The notes beneath the pieces were generated by a model, which saw nothing but the letters and a program-made list of their open reading frames with translations, had not been told where the DNA came from and searched no databases. Made by a program: the position numbers and the translations under genes. Positions 43,118 through 55,500 of a stretch of DNA of 63,204 nucleotides are shown one piece after another. The number at the start of each line of letters is the position of its first letter. Within the stretch, counting starts at the first letter, position 1. The DNA comes from Salpingoeca rosetta (Eukaryota > Protista > Choanoflagellata). The stretch is taken from assembly GCA_033442325.1 (NCBI GenBank), contig JAWQFM010000014.1, positions 431,048 through 494,251 of the forward strand, read 5' to 3'.

Positions 43118-43477
43118 ATGGCTCGGCACATATCGGTGACGATTGCAAGGGAGATGGAGGAGCAGCTGACCGCTGTGGAAAACCATCTCCGAAACAACGT
43201 GCATGTGCACAACTTGGTGGTGATCCACACCAGCGACAACTCGTTGTTCCGCTTCCAGGCAACGAACCGGCGCGCCCGCGAATGCATTGAGGCCTTACAG
43301 CGGCTCGGCGTTGGCCACGCCTTTGGCTCCATGGAGATTATGGACGTCAAGTCTGTGATTCCCCGCATCTCCAATCACCCGACCATGGTGCGCGGGCAGA
43401 AGAAGCAGCGCGAGTACAACCCCACCAACTCCCTCACCCTCGAGGAAATCTACGAAACGGTCGAAAAGGGCTACCGT

Positions 43478-43565
<88 letters not shown>

Positions 43566-44847
43566 GACGCTACCTACTCCCTTTGGCTATGCCCGCTTTG
43601 CTGCTGGCTGGTGTGCGTAGCCACTTCGTCTCGCTTGACTTGAACTGACCTTTGTTTGTTGTCCTCTGCTCATCGCTGCACCTGCGCCTGCGCATAGACT
43701 TGACGTTTGAGTACTTGGGCATGTGCTCTGCGGCCTCGATTGTGTGTGCGGTGGGCCTCGTCACAAATAGCGACCCGTCTGTCGTTGCCAGCATGCTTCT
43801 CTCCCCTCTCATGGTATGGCCGTCTTCCTTCGCCACAACACGGTGTTTCCTAGTGGTCACACACACACGCACGCACTTGTGCTTTTGCTCACCCCCACGC
43901 ACATTCACACATTCACACACACACACACACACACACTTGTGCTTTTGCTCACCCCCACGCACATACACACATTCACACACACGCACATACACACATTCAC
44001 ACACACACACACACTCGCATGCACACTCCCGCACGCACACTCTCTGTGGACATTGCTCAGGGCCCAATTCTGGGGATCACGCTTGGCACGGCGTGCATGG
44101 ACTGGGGCGTGACGCTCAAAGCGCTGCGGAATGAACTGATTGGCGTACTGCTCACGCTTGCATTTGGCATCATTACTGGGTTCATCGTCAGCTTCTATGG
44201 CGAGGAGGAGTGGGAGACGGACCAGATGCAATCGCGCGGCACGGTACGGAAGTGTCGTCGCCTTGTTGTGCTTTGTCGTGACATGCTATGTTGCGTTACG
44301 TCCTGTCTATTCATCCATTCCATCCATTCATCCATTCCATCCATTCCCTCCATTCACCCACCCACCCATTCATCCACCTATCCAGCCACCTATGTTGCTC
44401 CTTTGACTTGTTTTTGTCTCCGCTTGCCGTCATCCACTCACATCCAAGCACGCGTGTGCGTATGCGTATGCACATGTGCCCGCTCACCCTTCGCCCCTGC
44501 TCGCTCCTCTTCGTCCACAACACGCGCAGGTTGGCGGCCTGGCCCCCGGCGTTCTGATTGCGCTACCGTGCGGCGTTGCGCTTGCCATCTCCGTCACCTC
44601 TGCAGACAGCACCATTCTGGTCGGTGTCGCTATTGCCGCTGCCCTCCTCCCGCCCATTGTCAACGCGGGCCTTGAGTTTGCCTTTGGGCTCGTCAAGGAG
44701 CTGCCCCTCACGCCAGAGCAGGAGCCCAGGCACCTCAAGCATGGTGAGACAGCGGTGGTGGTGGTAATAGTGGTGGTTTTGTTTGGATGTGTGTGTGTAT
44801 GTGTGTCAATGTGTGTGATCAACATCCACACCATCCTCCAGTCACAC

Positions 44848-44903
<56 letters not shown>

Positions 44904-45701
44904 GCTTTGTACGGTCACCAGCCGCCAACAGCTTCCTGCTGTTTCTGCTCAACTGGATTGCCATCTACTTTGGCTGTCTCCTCGTCTTTGCGGTCAAGCG
45001 CGTGCAGCCCCGCATCTACCACGCTAAACCGGTCAGGGAGAGAGAGTGTGTGTGTGTGTGAGTGTGTGTGTGTGTGTCTGTGTCTGTGTGTCTGTGTCTG
45101 TGTCTGTGTGTGTCTGTGTGTCCGTCTTGTCTGTCCGTATTGATTGTCCGTCTTGTCTGTCCGTCTTGTCTGTCCGTCTTGTCTGTCCGTCTTGTCTGTG
45201 CGCGTTCGTCTGTCTGACCCACATCTCTTCATGCGCACGTTTCTATCACCACTACATAACCTCTTAACTCCCACCATGCTCATCCCCGCCCCCCCAAAAA
45301 AAAAAAACCACCACTGCCACCACCGTTAGCGCGCGGAGACGATCCGGGCGCTGGCTGATGCGCCCCTGCCACCACCATCATCATCACTGGCCACCAACAC
45401 CGCTGACGGCGACACCCGCGCTGCTGCTGTTGCTGGTGGTGGTGCTGCGACGGTCACGCTCCTGTACTCCGACGACGACGATGATGATGATGATGATGGT
45501 GATGGTGATGGTGACGGTCACAACGATGGTGTCAACGATGGTGTCAACGGGCATTCCACTGCACACGGCGGTGCCATACGCCAACACCGCCACCGTGGTG
45601 ATGGCCGCACGAGGGGGTCGGCGCTGCGCGTGACGACTGTGACGACAGAGCACACGCCGCTGCTGCGGGACGCAGACACCAGCAGGGACGTCGTCTTGTG
45701 A
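43118..45701 (+). CDS. DUF389 (TIGR00341-like) integral membrane protein
   Basis: [39 protein letters not shown]|[34 protein letters not shown]-terminal tail has an acidic patch and a dileucine motif (TEHTPLL). Stop 45699-45701. Confidence 0.85.
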
Positions 45702-45984
45702 CACGCAACACCATTCATCGTGTCGAATGCGATTTCATCAGCAACCGAGAGGGAGGGGGGATTTTGCTTGCTTGGGTTGTTCGTATTGTTTGGATTGTGC
45801 CCTGGCTGTGTTCGCGTGGTCCATGGGTGTTTTGCTTCGTGTTACGCTCGCTCTTCTTGCTGCCAGATTGGTGACTAGGTTCGTTTTCGTGTGACTACAA
45901 CACAACTGCAGTCAACACGCTCAACGCCAGAAAAAAATTGGGGGGGGGGGCAAGGGAGGGGAGAGACACTTGGGCACTAACGCG

Positions 45985-46070
<86 letters not shown>

Positions 46071-46270
46071 GAGCAAGCGAAAGCGAACAGAGCAGCGCCA
46101 GAAGAGTGGCGGGACATGATGTGGGTGTAACGTGTTGGTGAAGACGACACGGCACAACAAAAACAGCGGGTGATGTGATGACATCAAAAGGCAAACAAAA
46201 AAGAGCCGCGGGGCGAGCACACACGTGCGGGGCGGCGGCAGGAGGCGTGGAGCAGCAGCACGGGCCGTGC

Positions 46271-47498
46271 TTAGTGCTGCGTGGGCCTGAACTCCATGGA
46301 CCATGGGCAGTCAGCCGGGTCCACGCACAAGGGCGCGTGAGAGACGACCTTGGCCGTCGACACGTCCACGCCAACAATGTCAAAGGGGGCGGTCTGGTTG
46401 TTGGACGACTGGAACTGCGCATAGATGACGCCGCTGCGCGAGTCGACGGTGACAATGTTGCCGTTGATGACGGAGTAGCCGGGCACGACGCCGATGCGGG
46501 ACACGCTGCCCGTGTTGGTGTTGAGGCGCAGGAGGGTGCGGGCGCCCTTGCTGGCGTCGTAGCCAAAGCCAATCATCTGCTCGCGCTGGATGTCGTAGGA
46601 GAGGGTGTAGATGCCGTTGGTGTCTGGCTCCTTGATTGTCTTCTTGAGCGTGCCCGTGATGGCGTCAAAGCCCAGCAGGTCGAGCGAGATCTCGCCCGAG
46701 CTGTTGGCGGCAAACTGCAGCCAGACGAGGTTGTTGGTCTGGTCAAAGGCGTGCGCGCCACCGAGCACGTTGATGTAGCCGCAGTCGGCGAGGTGCTTTG
46801 TGGCGCCGGTGCGTGGGTTGACGCGGAAGAGGTGATGCTTGTTGTCGGCCTGGAGCCCGAGGCAGAAGACCTCGCCGTTGCTCTCGTCGACGTCCACGGC
46901 CTCGCCCACGCCAATCAGCGCGGAGCTCACAAACGGCAGCTTCACCTTGTTGGCGATGGTGCCCTTCACCACATCGATTCCAATCAGATCAATCTCCCTG
47001 TGTGTGAGAGTGTGAGCGTGAGATTGTGTGTGTGTGTGTGTGTGCGCGCGCGCGTGCGGTTGTGTGCGGTTGTGTGCGTTTGTGTGTGTCGGTGTATGTG
47101 ACAACATTGGCTTGTGGGATCGAGGAAGCAAGGTGCGACGCACAAGACACGTTTTACATGACAGGCGTGCGCACGCATCTCACACCCGCAACTCACTGGT
47201 TTGTGAGGTTGAAGCCAAGCATGTAATAGATGCCCCTGAGCGTGTCCATGGAGGCGAGGTTCTGGGCCTGCGCTTCGTCAGGCAGGGGAGCAGAGACGGG
47301 AGTGGTCTTGCCGGTTGCTGGGTCAATCGTGACAAACCCAAGTGTGGAGTTGATGCCGTACATAATACCATCGGGTGCAGCGAAAGCTCTGATCGCTGCT
47401 GTTGTTGGCGCTGCGCCGCACGCCAGCACAACACCAACGACAACGGCGGCCAGCGTCGTCGCCGCCACTGGCGCTCCTTTCATCAGCTTCATCATCAT
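46271..47498 (-). CDS. Secreted protein, probable beta-propeller (two exons)
   Basis: Signal peptide (ATTLAAVVVGVVLACGA). Repeated xDPxTG / NPRTG / DAITG / NTNTG blade-like motifs. Intron about 46998-47196. Confidence 0.75.
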
Positions 47499-47730
47499 CG
47501 ACCTGCTTGCTTGTCTTCGCTCTCTTGCTTGCTTTGCTTGTTTGTCTTGTTGCTCTTGTCTTCCTTCTTGTTGGCTGGCGCTGTTGTTTTGGTTGTGGAG
47601 AATTGATGAATATCTTATGCAATAATTCTAGCCCAACGAATTTCACGTGTCGTTTTTCAACAATAATCGTCATCGACTATATTCAGTTGTTGGATATTTT
47701 GTGATGTCGTAATGCAATTTGTGTTTGCCC

Positions 47731-47790
47731 GATTCGCCACCACGATTCGCCACGATTCGCCACGATTCGCCACGATTCGCCACGATTCGC
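47731..47790. repeat. 10-bp tandem repeat (cacgattcgc)x5 plus a partial copy
   Basis: Exact copies at 47741-47790, in the divergent intergenic region. Confidence 0.95.
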
Positions 47791-48508
47791 TGCTGTCCTT
47801 CCTGCCCTCCTTTGTGGTGGCGGAATGTGGGTGCACAACATGCAGCAAGCAGGGCCGTTGCTGCGCGAAGCATGCGGCTGCCGTGCATAGCTTCCATGCC
47901 AGTCGTGGTGCAAGACAACCAGCAAGGGAGGGGTGACGGTGGAACGGCGCTGGTTGGCTGGCCACACCACAACAACAATACACGCGGCGGCGTGCTGACC
48001 CTGAACGCGACCTTGCTTGAGCGAGCACTGCTGTTCCTTGCACCAGTCATCAACTGCAAGAGCGAGAGAGAGTGTGTGTGTGATAGTGTGCATGTGAGCG
48101 TGAGTGAGTGTGTCCTTTGACAAACGCTTTCGGACAAGCCAACCTGCAACAACAGCGCATACACCGCCACAGCATAGCACACCGCCACATACATACAAAC
48201 ATACAAACACACAACCACACGCCCATCTGCGTGAATCTTGCATCGGACAAGCAGACACAACAACCAAACGAGCCACAACATCAAGCAAGGTGCGTGTGTC
48301 TGTGTGTGCCTGTGTGTGCCTGTGTGTGTGTGTGTTAAGGTTATCACATGCGGCTTGGACCACAATCACATGCCCGTGTCATTTCATCGCCCTTGCTCGC
48401 ACCTCACACACGCACACGCAAACACGCACGCACACGAACACAACACAACAACACAATACAACACAACACAACACAGAGCACATTCATTTCAACGTCACAC
48501 AATTTGGC

Positions 48509-51305
48509 ATGAGATTGCTGGTGGCTGTCGCCCCAGCGGTAGCACGACTGCTACTGCTGCTCGCGCTTGCGCTCGCGCCATGCACAGTGGTGGTGCAAGC
48601 GCTGGCCCAGGACGTGCAAAAGGAGGTGGTGGCCCAGGGCCTGCTGATCCCCACAGGGGCGCGCGTGCTGCCGGACCAGAAGCGCGTCATCATTGTGGAG
48701 CAGGTTGGCACCTTGCAGATCCTGGACCTGACCACCAACGCCAAGCAGACGTACATGACCATGAGCAACATCAACGCCAACGGCGAGAAGGGCCTCATGG
48801 ACTGCATCCTCGACCAGGACTTTGAAACGAACAACTACTTCTACTGCTACTTCAGCCCCATTGCCCCCGAGGGCGTGCGCATCTCCCGCTTTACGCACGT
48901 GCAGAACGCCGGCGGCGCGTCAAGCCGCGGCGACATCAACTCCGAGTTTGTCGTCTGGCAGGGCGAGCAGCCGTACACGGGCGCAGACTACGCCTTTGGC
49001 ACGGTGCACTATGGCGGGCAGCTGAGCTGGGGGCCCAACGGCCTGCTGTATGCAACGCTCGGTGATGAGACAAAGCGTGAGTGGGTGCAGTCCAACAGCA
49101 ACGAGAACGGTGACCCGCGCCACAACGGCTGCATCATCCGTGTGCACAAGGACGGGCAGATCCCCGCCGACAACTTTGGCCACGCGCGCGGCGTGCCCGG
49201 GTGCTGGGCATATGGGCTGCGTAACGGGTTCCGGTCGTCCTGGGACATCCCCACAGGCCGCTTCTTCATTGCAGAGGTGGGTGGGAACGAATTCGCGCCC
49301 GACTACGACAACGCATGGGAGGACATCCACGTGCTCACGCCAAGCAGCAACGGCGAGAACCTCGGCTGGCCGCTGTGCGCGGGGCCTTGCGACAACCCAC
49401 AGTTCCCCACCTGCAGCTGCGCAACAACCAACAACCCCATCTACACGTACGAACACACCGCCGCGCAGCGCGGGTGCGTCGTGGGCGGGTACGTGTACCG
49501 TGACAACGGCTTCCCGCAGGAGTACAAGGGCTCGTTCGTCTTTGGCGACTACGTGCGAAACTTTGTGCAGCTGCTGCAGTTTGGAGCGGACGGGAAGGTT
49601 GCCAACGTGAAACACCTGGACGACCTGGCGGGCCCCATTTCCATTGCGCCAGGCAACGACGGCTCCATCTTCGTGACCACCATTGCAGGCCAGCTTATCC
49701 GCTACTCGTACACGGGCGACCTTGGTGGCGTCACCACCACCACCACCACCACTGCCGCCGCCACCGACCCCGTCACCACAATGAACCCAATCACCACACC
49801 GGACCCAATTACAACACAGGGCGGTGGCGGTGGTGGTGATGCGACGAGCTGTAAGGGCCGGTGCAACATCTACGATGCAGCGGCACCCTGCCAGTGCGAT
49901 CCAAACTGCCTCGACGTAAGTCACACATGTGTGTGTGTCTGTGTCTGTGTCTGTGTCTGTGTGTCTGTGTCTGTGTGTGTGTCTGTGTGTGTCTGTGTGT
50001 CTGTGTCTGTGTGTGTGTGTGTGTGCAGTTGTAAATGTGAACACTTGCTTGCTTGCTTGCATGTGGGTTTGCTCTTGTCGTCACAGAGAAGCATCTGCAC
50101 TACTTACGTCGTTCCATCTCACCCTACCCTTTTCCTTCTTTCCCCTTCCAAAACCACCACTGGCGCTGTCCTGGCAGTATGGTGACTGCTGTGGTGACAT
50201 CGATGTTGTGTGTGGGGACGGCGTCACAACAGCGGCGCCCACAACGCAGGCACCAACAACACAGGAGCCAAGCACGTCCACAGTTGTGGGCAATGATCCC
50301 GCCAGCTGTAAGGGCCGGTGCAACATCTACGACGCTGCTGCGCCCTGCCAGTGCGATCCAAACTGCCTCGACGTAAGTCACATGCATGCACACACACACA
50401 CACGCACGCACACACACACACACACGCACGCACACGCACACGCACACACGCACACACGAATGCCGCTCTTGTGGTGTTGTTCCTGTATGGTTTGCCGTGT
50501 GGTGGATCTGTATGCACAGTGACCACTACCACTGCCTGTTGTCACGCCAGCCATGGCAACTGTGTATCTGCACTGACCCAAACCTCCCTGACCACAAACA
50601 CATGCTCTCTCGTGGCCATTGTGCGTGCTTTCACTCACCCAAATCGTCTCGCTTCGCGTCTCCTCCCCTGCTTTCTTGGCTGTTCTCCCCTATGCCACCG
50701 CTCCCCCCCCCAACACTTCTTCGCCAATCTGCGCAGTATGGCGACTGCTGTGCTGATCACACCGCAATCTGTGTTGATGGCGGTGGCGGCAGTACAACGG
50801 CAGAACCAACCACGGAAGCACCGACAACAACCAGCACCACCACAACCACAACCACCACTACAACAACAACCACCACAACCACAACCACTACTACGACCAC
50901 GACCACGACCACGACCCAGACAATCACCACACAGGGCGGCATCGACATGCGCACGCCGCCACCGCATCTGCAGTTCCACGATGGCCCTGCCGCGTGGACA
51001 CAGTGCCAGATCAAGACGTGCAACACGGCCTACAACCGGGTCCATCCATGCCAGTGTGATTCACACTGTGGCCTCTTCAGAGACTGTACGTTTCGTTATC
51101 TGCGCGCGCGTGCCGGGGGGAGTGTCTGCGTGTGTGCTTGTGTGTGTGTGTGTGCTTGTGTGTGTGTGTGTGTATGTGCTTGTGTGTGTTTGTGTGTGTG
51201 GGTGTGTGCTTGTGTGCTTGTGTGTGTGTGTGTGCTTGTGGGTGTGTGTGCTTGTGTGTGTGTGTGCTTGTGTGTGGGTGGGTGTGGGTGGGTGCTTGCG
51301 TGTGC

Positions 51306-51338
<33 letters not shown>

Positions 51339-51623
51339 GTGTGTATCAGTCCTTGCACACTTACCAAGATGCGCATTCATGTACATCCGCGTCCGTCACT
51401 CACCTTTCCCCCTTCCCCGTCCCCTCATCCCCCTCCCCCTGCAGGCTGTGCCGACTATTCATATCTCTGCTGCGAAGATATTCCAAATCTGCGCCAATGC
51501 GAGCGCCAATGCGAACAAAAGGCGGCACAAGAAGGGGTGGGCTACGTGTACGAGCTTGTCTCCTTCTCTCCAGCCGATCCCTGTGACGTGCGGTGCATCT
51601 GCACACTCGCGCCGCAGGCATAG
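48509..51623 (+). CDS. Secreted glucose/sorbosone dehydrogenase (GSDH)-type beta-propeller with three somatomedin-B-like domains and Thr-rich linkers
   Basis: Signal peptide. GEKGLM...DQDFETNNYFYCYFS, HYGGQLSWGPNGLLYATLGD, WAYGLRNGFRSSWD, AEVG...WEDI, GENLGWP, GGYVYR...FPQEYKGSFVFGDY. SMB domains SCKGRC...CQCDPNCLD|YGDCC (x2) and CQCDSHCGLFRDC|CADY. Stop 51621-51623. Confidence 0.9.
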
Positions 51624-52358
51624 GAATAGGCCGTCGGCAGACTTCAAGCAGGAATAAAGGGAAGACCTGCCACACAACAAAGGAGCGCGACGCAATCGCA
51701 CCAAGTACACACTATGCTCCGCCATGATCGTTGTGGCATCATGATGGTGCTGGCGCGCGTGTTCGCTGCTGTTACTGGTGCTGCTTAATGACGTGGAAAT
51801 GATGGTTTGCTGATTGAACATGTGTTTTATTTACACTGCGGAGCGTTGGGTATGTACAAGATCCTGTTATGGATGGTGAGTGATGTGACATGGCAGAGTT
51901 GCTGACGTTGACAGTTGGTGGTGCTTGTTCATGGTGCTCGTTGGTGGTGCTCGCTGGTGGTGCATGTTTTCCACGCGTGTCTCTCGACATGGCCCCCTCC
52001 CCCTTATTTTTTCGTTTGATTCTTCCGTTGTTGTCTGCATTGGTTCTCAACCATGATGGATCGGCAATATATTGTAGCAATTACAAAGCAAGAAACAAGC
52101 GAACAAACGAGCGAGCGAACGAGCGAACAAGCGAGCAAACGGGAGACCAAAACATGTGTGCATGGTCAACAGCCAACGCCATACGGCACAGGCGCCACGC
52201 AGCACACGAGTACAGGCCACGAAATGAAACCACACGTGCATGTACACGTGCACGTGCACACACGACGCCGCCCGCTACGCGACACGGTCGTGACACAGTA
52301 TGGGCAGCCACTCTTTCTCGTCACTCTTCCTCATCCCCCCCCCCTCTAACGGCGCACG

Positions 52359-52583
52359 TCAGGGAATGTACTCAAACGGAGCTGTGTCCTTGAAGCACTG
52401 GTCGTAAACTTGATCAACATGCTTATTTGCCTGTGCTGCGGGTATGTCGAACACGGCCTGCAGGGAGAGGGACGCACGGCGCTTCACGCACACCTGATGC
52501 TGCTTTGCTACAGCAAAGTTGCCCCGGTTCAGCTCGTTCTTGAAGAAGCAGTCCCCACTCAGGTTTGCCGCACGCACCTGCAT

Positions 52584-52656
<73 letters not shown>

Positions 52657-53385
52657 GAGCGTGCACGCGAGATGGGTATAAAAGCAGGGTCGAGGGCAGA
52701 TAACGTGAGAGAGAGAGAGAGAGAGGACGAGAACGTGTGGGAAACGAAAGACGCTGTGGACAAAGTTGGCGTGGCTTCACAATACAGTCGCACACGCACA
52801 GCAAGTATGCACAACAGTGATGCACGCTCACACACACGGTCACGCACACACGCACACACGGTCACGCACACACACACACACATACACACAAATGCATGCA
52901 CACACGCACGCACGCACACATGCATGCATACACAAATGCGCATACACACGCACGCACCTCTGTGCACGCGAGATGGATTGGGTTTCTAAAGTCGAGCTTT
53001 GCGCGGCAGTTGTCGTAGGCGTGGATGAGCTCATGTGTCATGATGGTTCCCGCATTGTCCCGCGAGTACAGCTTATCTGCACACAGTACAATCTGTGCGC
53101 ACAAACGCAGCAGGAACAGCACGCGGTGATGAGGGCACACGTCTTTACACGGGTGATGCAATTGTCTGAAATAGCGCGAAGCGGCACGCACACAAGAGCA
53201 GACGCACGCAAAGCAAAACCCCGCACAGCAAACACACACACACACAGACACACACACACACACACACACAGAGCACAGCACAGCGCAGCACAGCACACCT
53301 CGTTGCGATCTGCATCAAATGCCCCACTGACAGGGCACTGTTGGCAAACAAAGAACTTCTTCACATCGACGGGACTGCAAACACA

Positions 53386-53440
<55 letters not shown>

Positions 53441-53888
53441 ACACACACACACACACACGCACGCACACACGCACACATGTATTTCAGAAAGGGTGAGCGA
53501 TGTGGACTTTGTTGCAGAGCCACCGCATTCAATTCAGGCGTGCATGTATGCACTCAGGTGTTCTCACCAGCCGATCTTCTTCAAGTTATCCAGCATGAAC
53601 TTGACAAAGGGGTCTGCAACACCACCACACCACAACAGCAGACATGGCAAGGGTTACGTGGACACGCAAGAGTCCCAGCTGCGCAAGCATAGACCAGAGC
53701 AACGGCGAGAACAGCCACAGCCACAGCCATAGCCATAGCCACAGCCACAGCCACAGTCACATGTGTGCACTGCAGTGCTGATGCTGCCACAACGCACCTT
53801 TGTCCACCAGATGATTGACCCATTTGTCGTGACGCTCTTGCTGCTTCTCTGTGCAGTCTGTGAATGCGCCGGCCTTGACAGCAGCCAT
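52359..53888 (-). CDS. ATP23: Mitochondrial inner-membrane metalloprotease ATP23 (peptidase M76)
   Basis: DPFVKFMLDNL, SGAFD, IVLCAD...MTHELIHAYDNCRAKLDF.NPIHLACTE|VRAANLSGDC, HQVCVKRRASLSL, CFKDTAPFEYIP*. Confidence 0.95.
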
Positions 53889-55500
53889 TGTGTATGTGTG
53901 TGGTGTTACTGGTGTTGCCGTTCGTCTGTGCGCTCTCTCCTGTTTGCAGGAAGATTACAGAGGTTGCCGTCTCGTGGGTCGTCCACCTCTCCCTCACTGC
54001 CAAGAAGCAAGCCGGTTGGTTATTCTTCGCCAGCACCCCCACTGCGCCAGTGTCCAGTGTCCAGTGCCCGGTGTCCAGCAGCCCACCTCCTGTCGTCCTA
54101 CAAGCAGCCAGCGGTCAACAGACACCCCCAACGCATTGCCAAGCACACACGCCAGTGAGTCCTTCCAAGCCAGACACGCACGCACACACACAAACACAAA
54201 CACATGCACGAAGTGCGATCCATGTGTGTTTGGTTTTGGTGATGATGGCTGTCCTCCCTGACTCCGTCCCTCACTCCAGCCCCTGCCCTGACTTTCTCCC
54301 TCGCTCCGGCCCTCCCTGACTCTTCAACGAGTGCACGAGCCTTCGCTCCCTTGACCACATCCACTCCAAACCCCGCGTCCCATCAACAACAACACCACAA
54401 CCACCTTGCTGTGTGCTTTGCCTCGTGTGCTCCTCTTCTTCGCTCCCGTCTTGTCGTTCCTCCCTCTTCTCCTTTTTTTCGCCGTGTTGTAGAAAATTGT
54501 TTGGAATCATTATCAAATCCTCCTCGTTCCTCTCTGGCTTTGTGTGTCGATCAACAACAAACTGCTGTGCCGGTTGTGGGGGACAAAAGGGGGCAGCAAG
54601 CACGAAGCGAAAACAACGTACGCCTGTTGCTTGCTTGGCTTCTTGCTGGGGTGTGTGTGGCGTGCGTGTTGCGTGCTTGTGTTGTGTGTGTCGTTCCTCC
54701 TTGCCTCTCACTCGCTCGCCCGCTCGCACGTTGCTGAGCAAGAAGACAGGACTCTCTCACGCTCACTGGTTCACTTATTTCGGTCCGCTTTCTCTGCACC
54801 CCACCAGCCCAGGTCGTTTCGTTGGCGTTTGCCGAAACCCAACCCGCCGCCAACGTTCATACTCCCTCCCCATCTCTCCCTGTCTCTTTTGATTGTCTCT
54901 GCTGTCGGTTACTTGACGTCAACATCTGCCTTTCCATCTCTTCATTTTCTTGAGTCACGTTAGACTGTCTTCACACACACACACACGCACGCACGCACAC
55001 ACACGCACGCACACAAGCACGCTGCATTTGCCGAGCGCGTGCAGTCCCATCACACCACACCACATCAAAAGCACGCCGCTGCCACACAAGCCCGTTACTT
55101 GCTGCCAACTGCCACCCGTTTCCTCCTTGCCTCGCTCGGTCGTTTGCACGTTGCTTTCCCTCGTGTGCATTCATTCGTGGCCACAGTTACCGTTCCGACC
55201 AACCATCTCTCCCCCCTCCCTCCCTGAACACGCGCCTGCTTTTTCTTGTGCATGTGCCAAGTTTTGATACCCACTTGCTCCTTTCATTTCCTTTCCCGTC
55301 GTGATTGTTGCTGTGACGCCTGGTTCTCCTTTCTCTCCACCTCCCCTTCACGCAGCGTGTGCCCAGCAGATAGTCTTGTTTCTCGGCCACTTTTGCTGCC
55401 ACCCCTGCTTCACGTGCACAGCGCACACAACACCACACCGTGCAGTGCACACCCCCAACACTTGCCAACCCCTTCCACCATTCGCTCCCACACGCTCGCC

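Noticed and set aside
43874-45200. Short intronic duplications (about 43874-43965; 13-bp gtccgtcttgtct repeats at about 45120-45198)
   Set aside because: Ordinary slippage repeats in a repeat-rich genome, with no sign of function.
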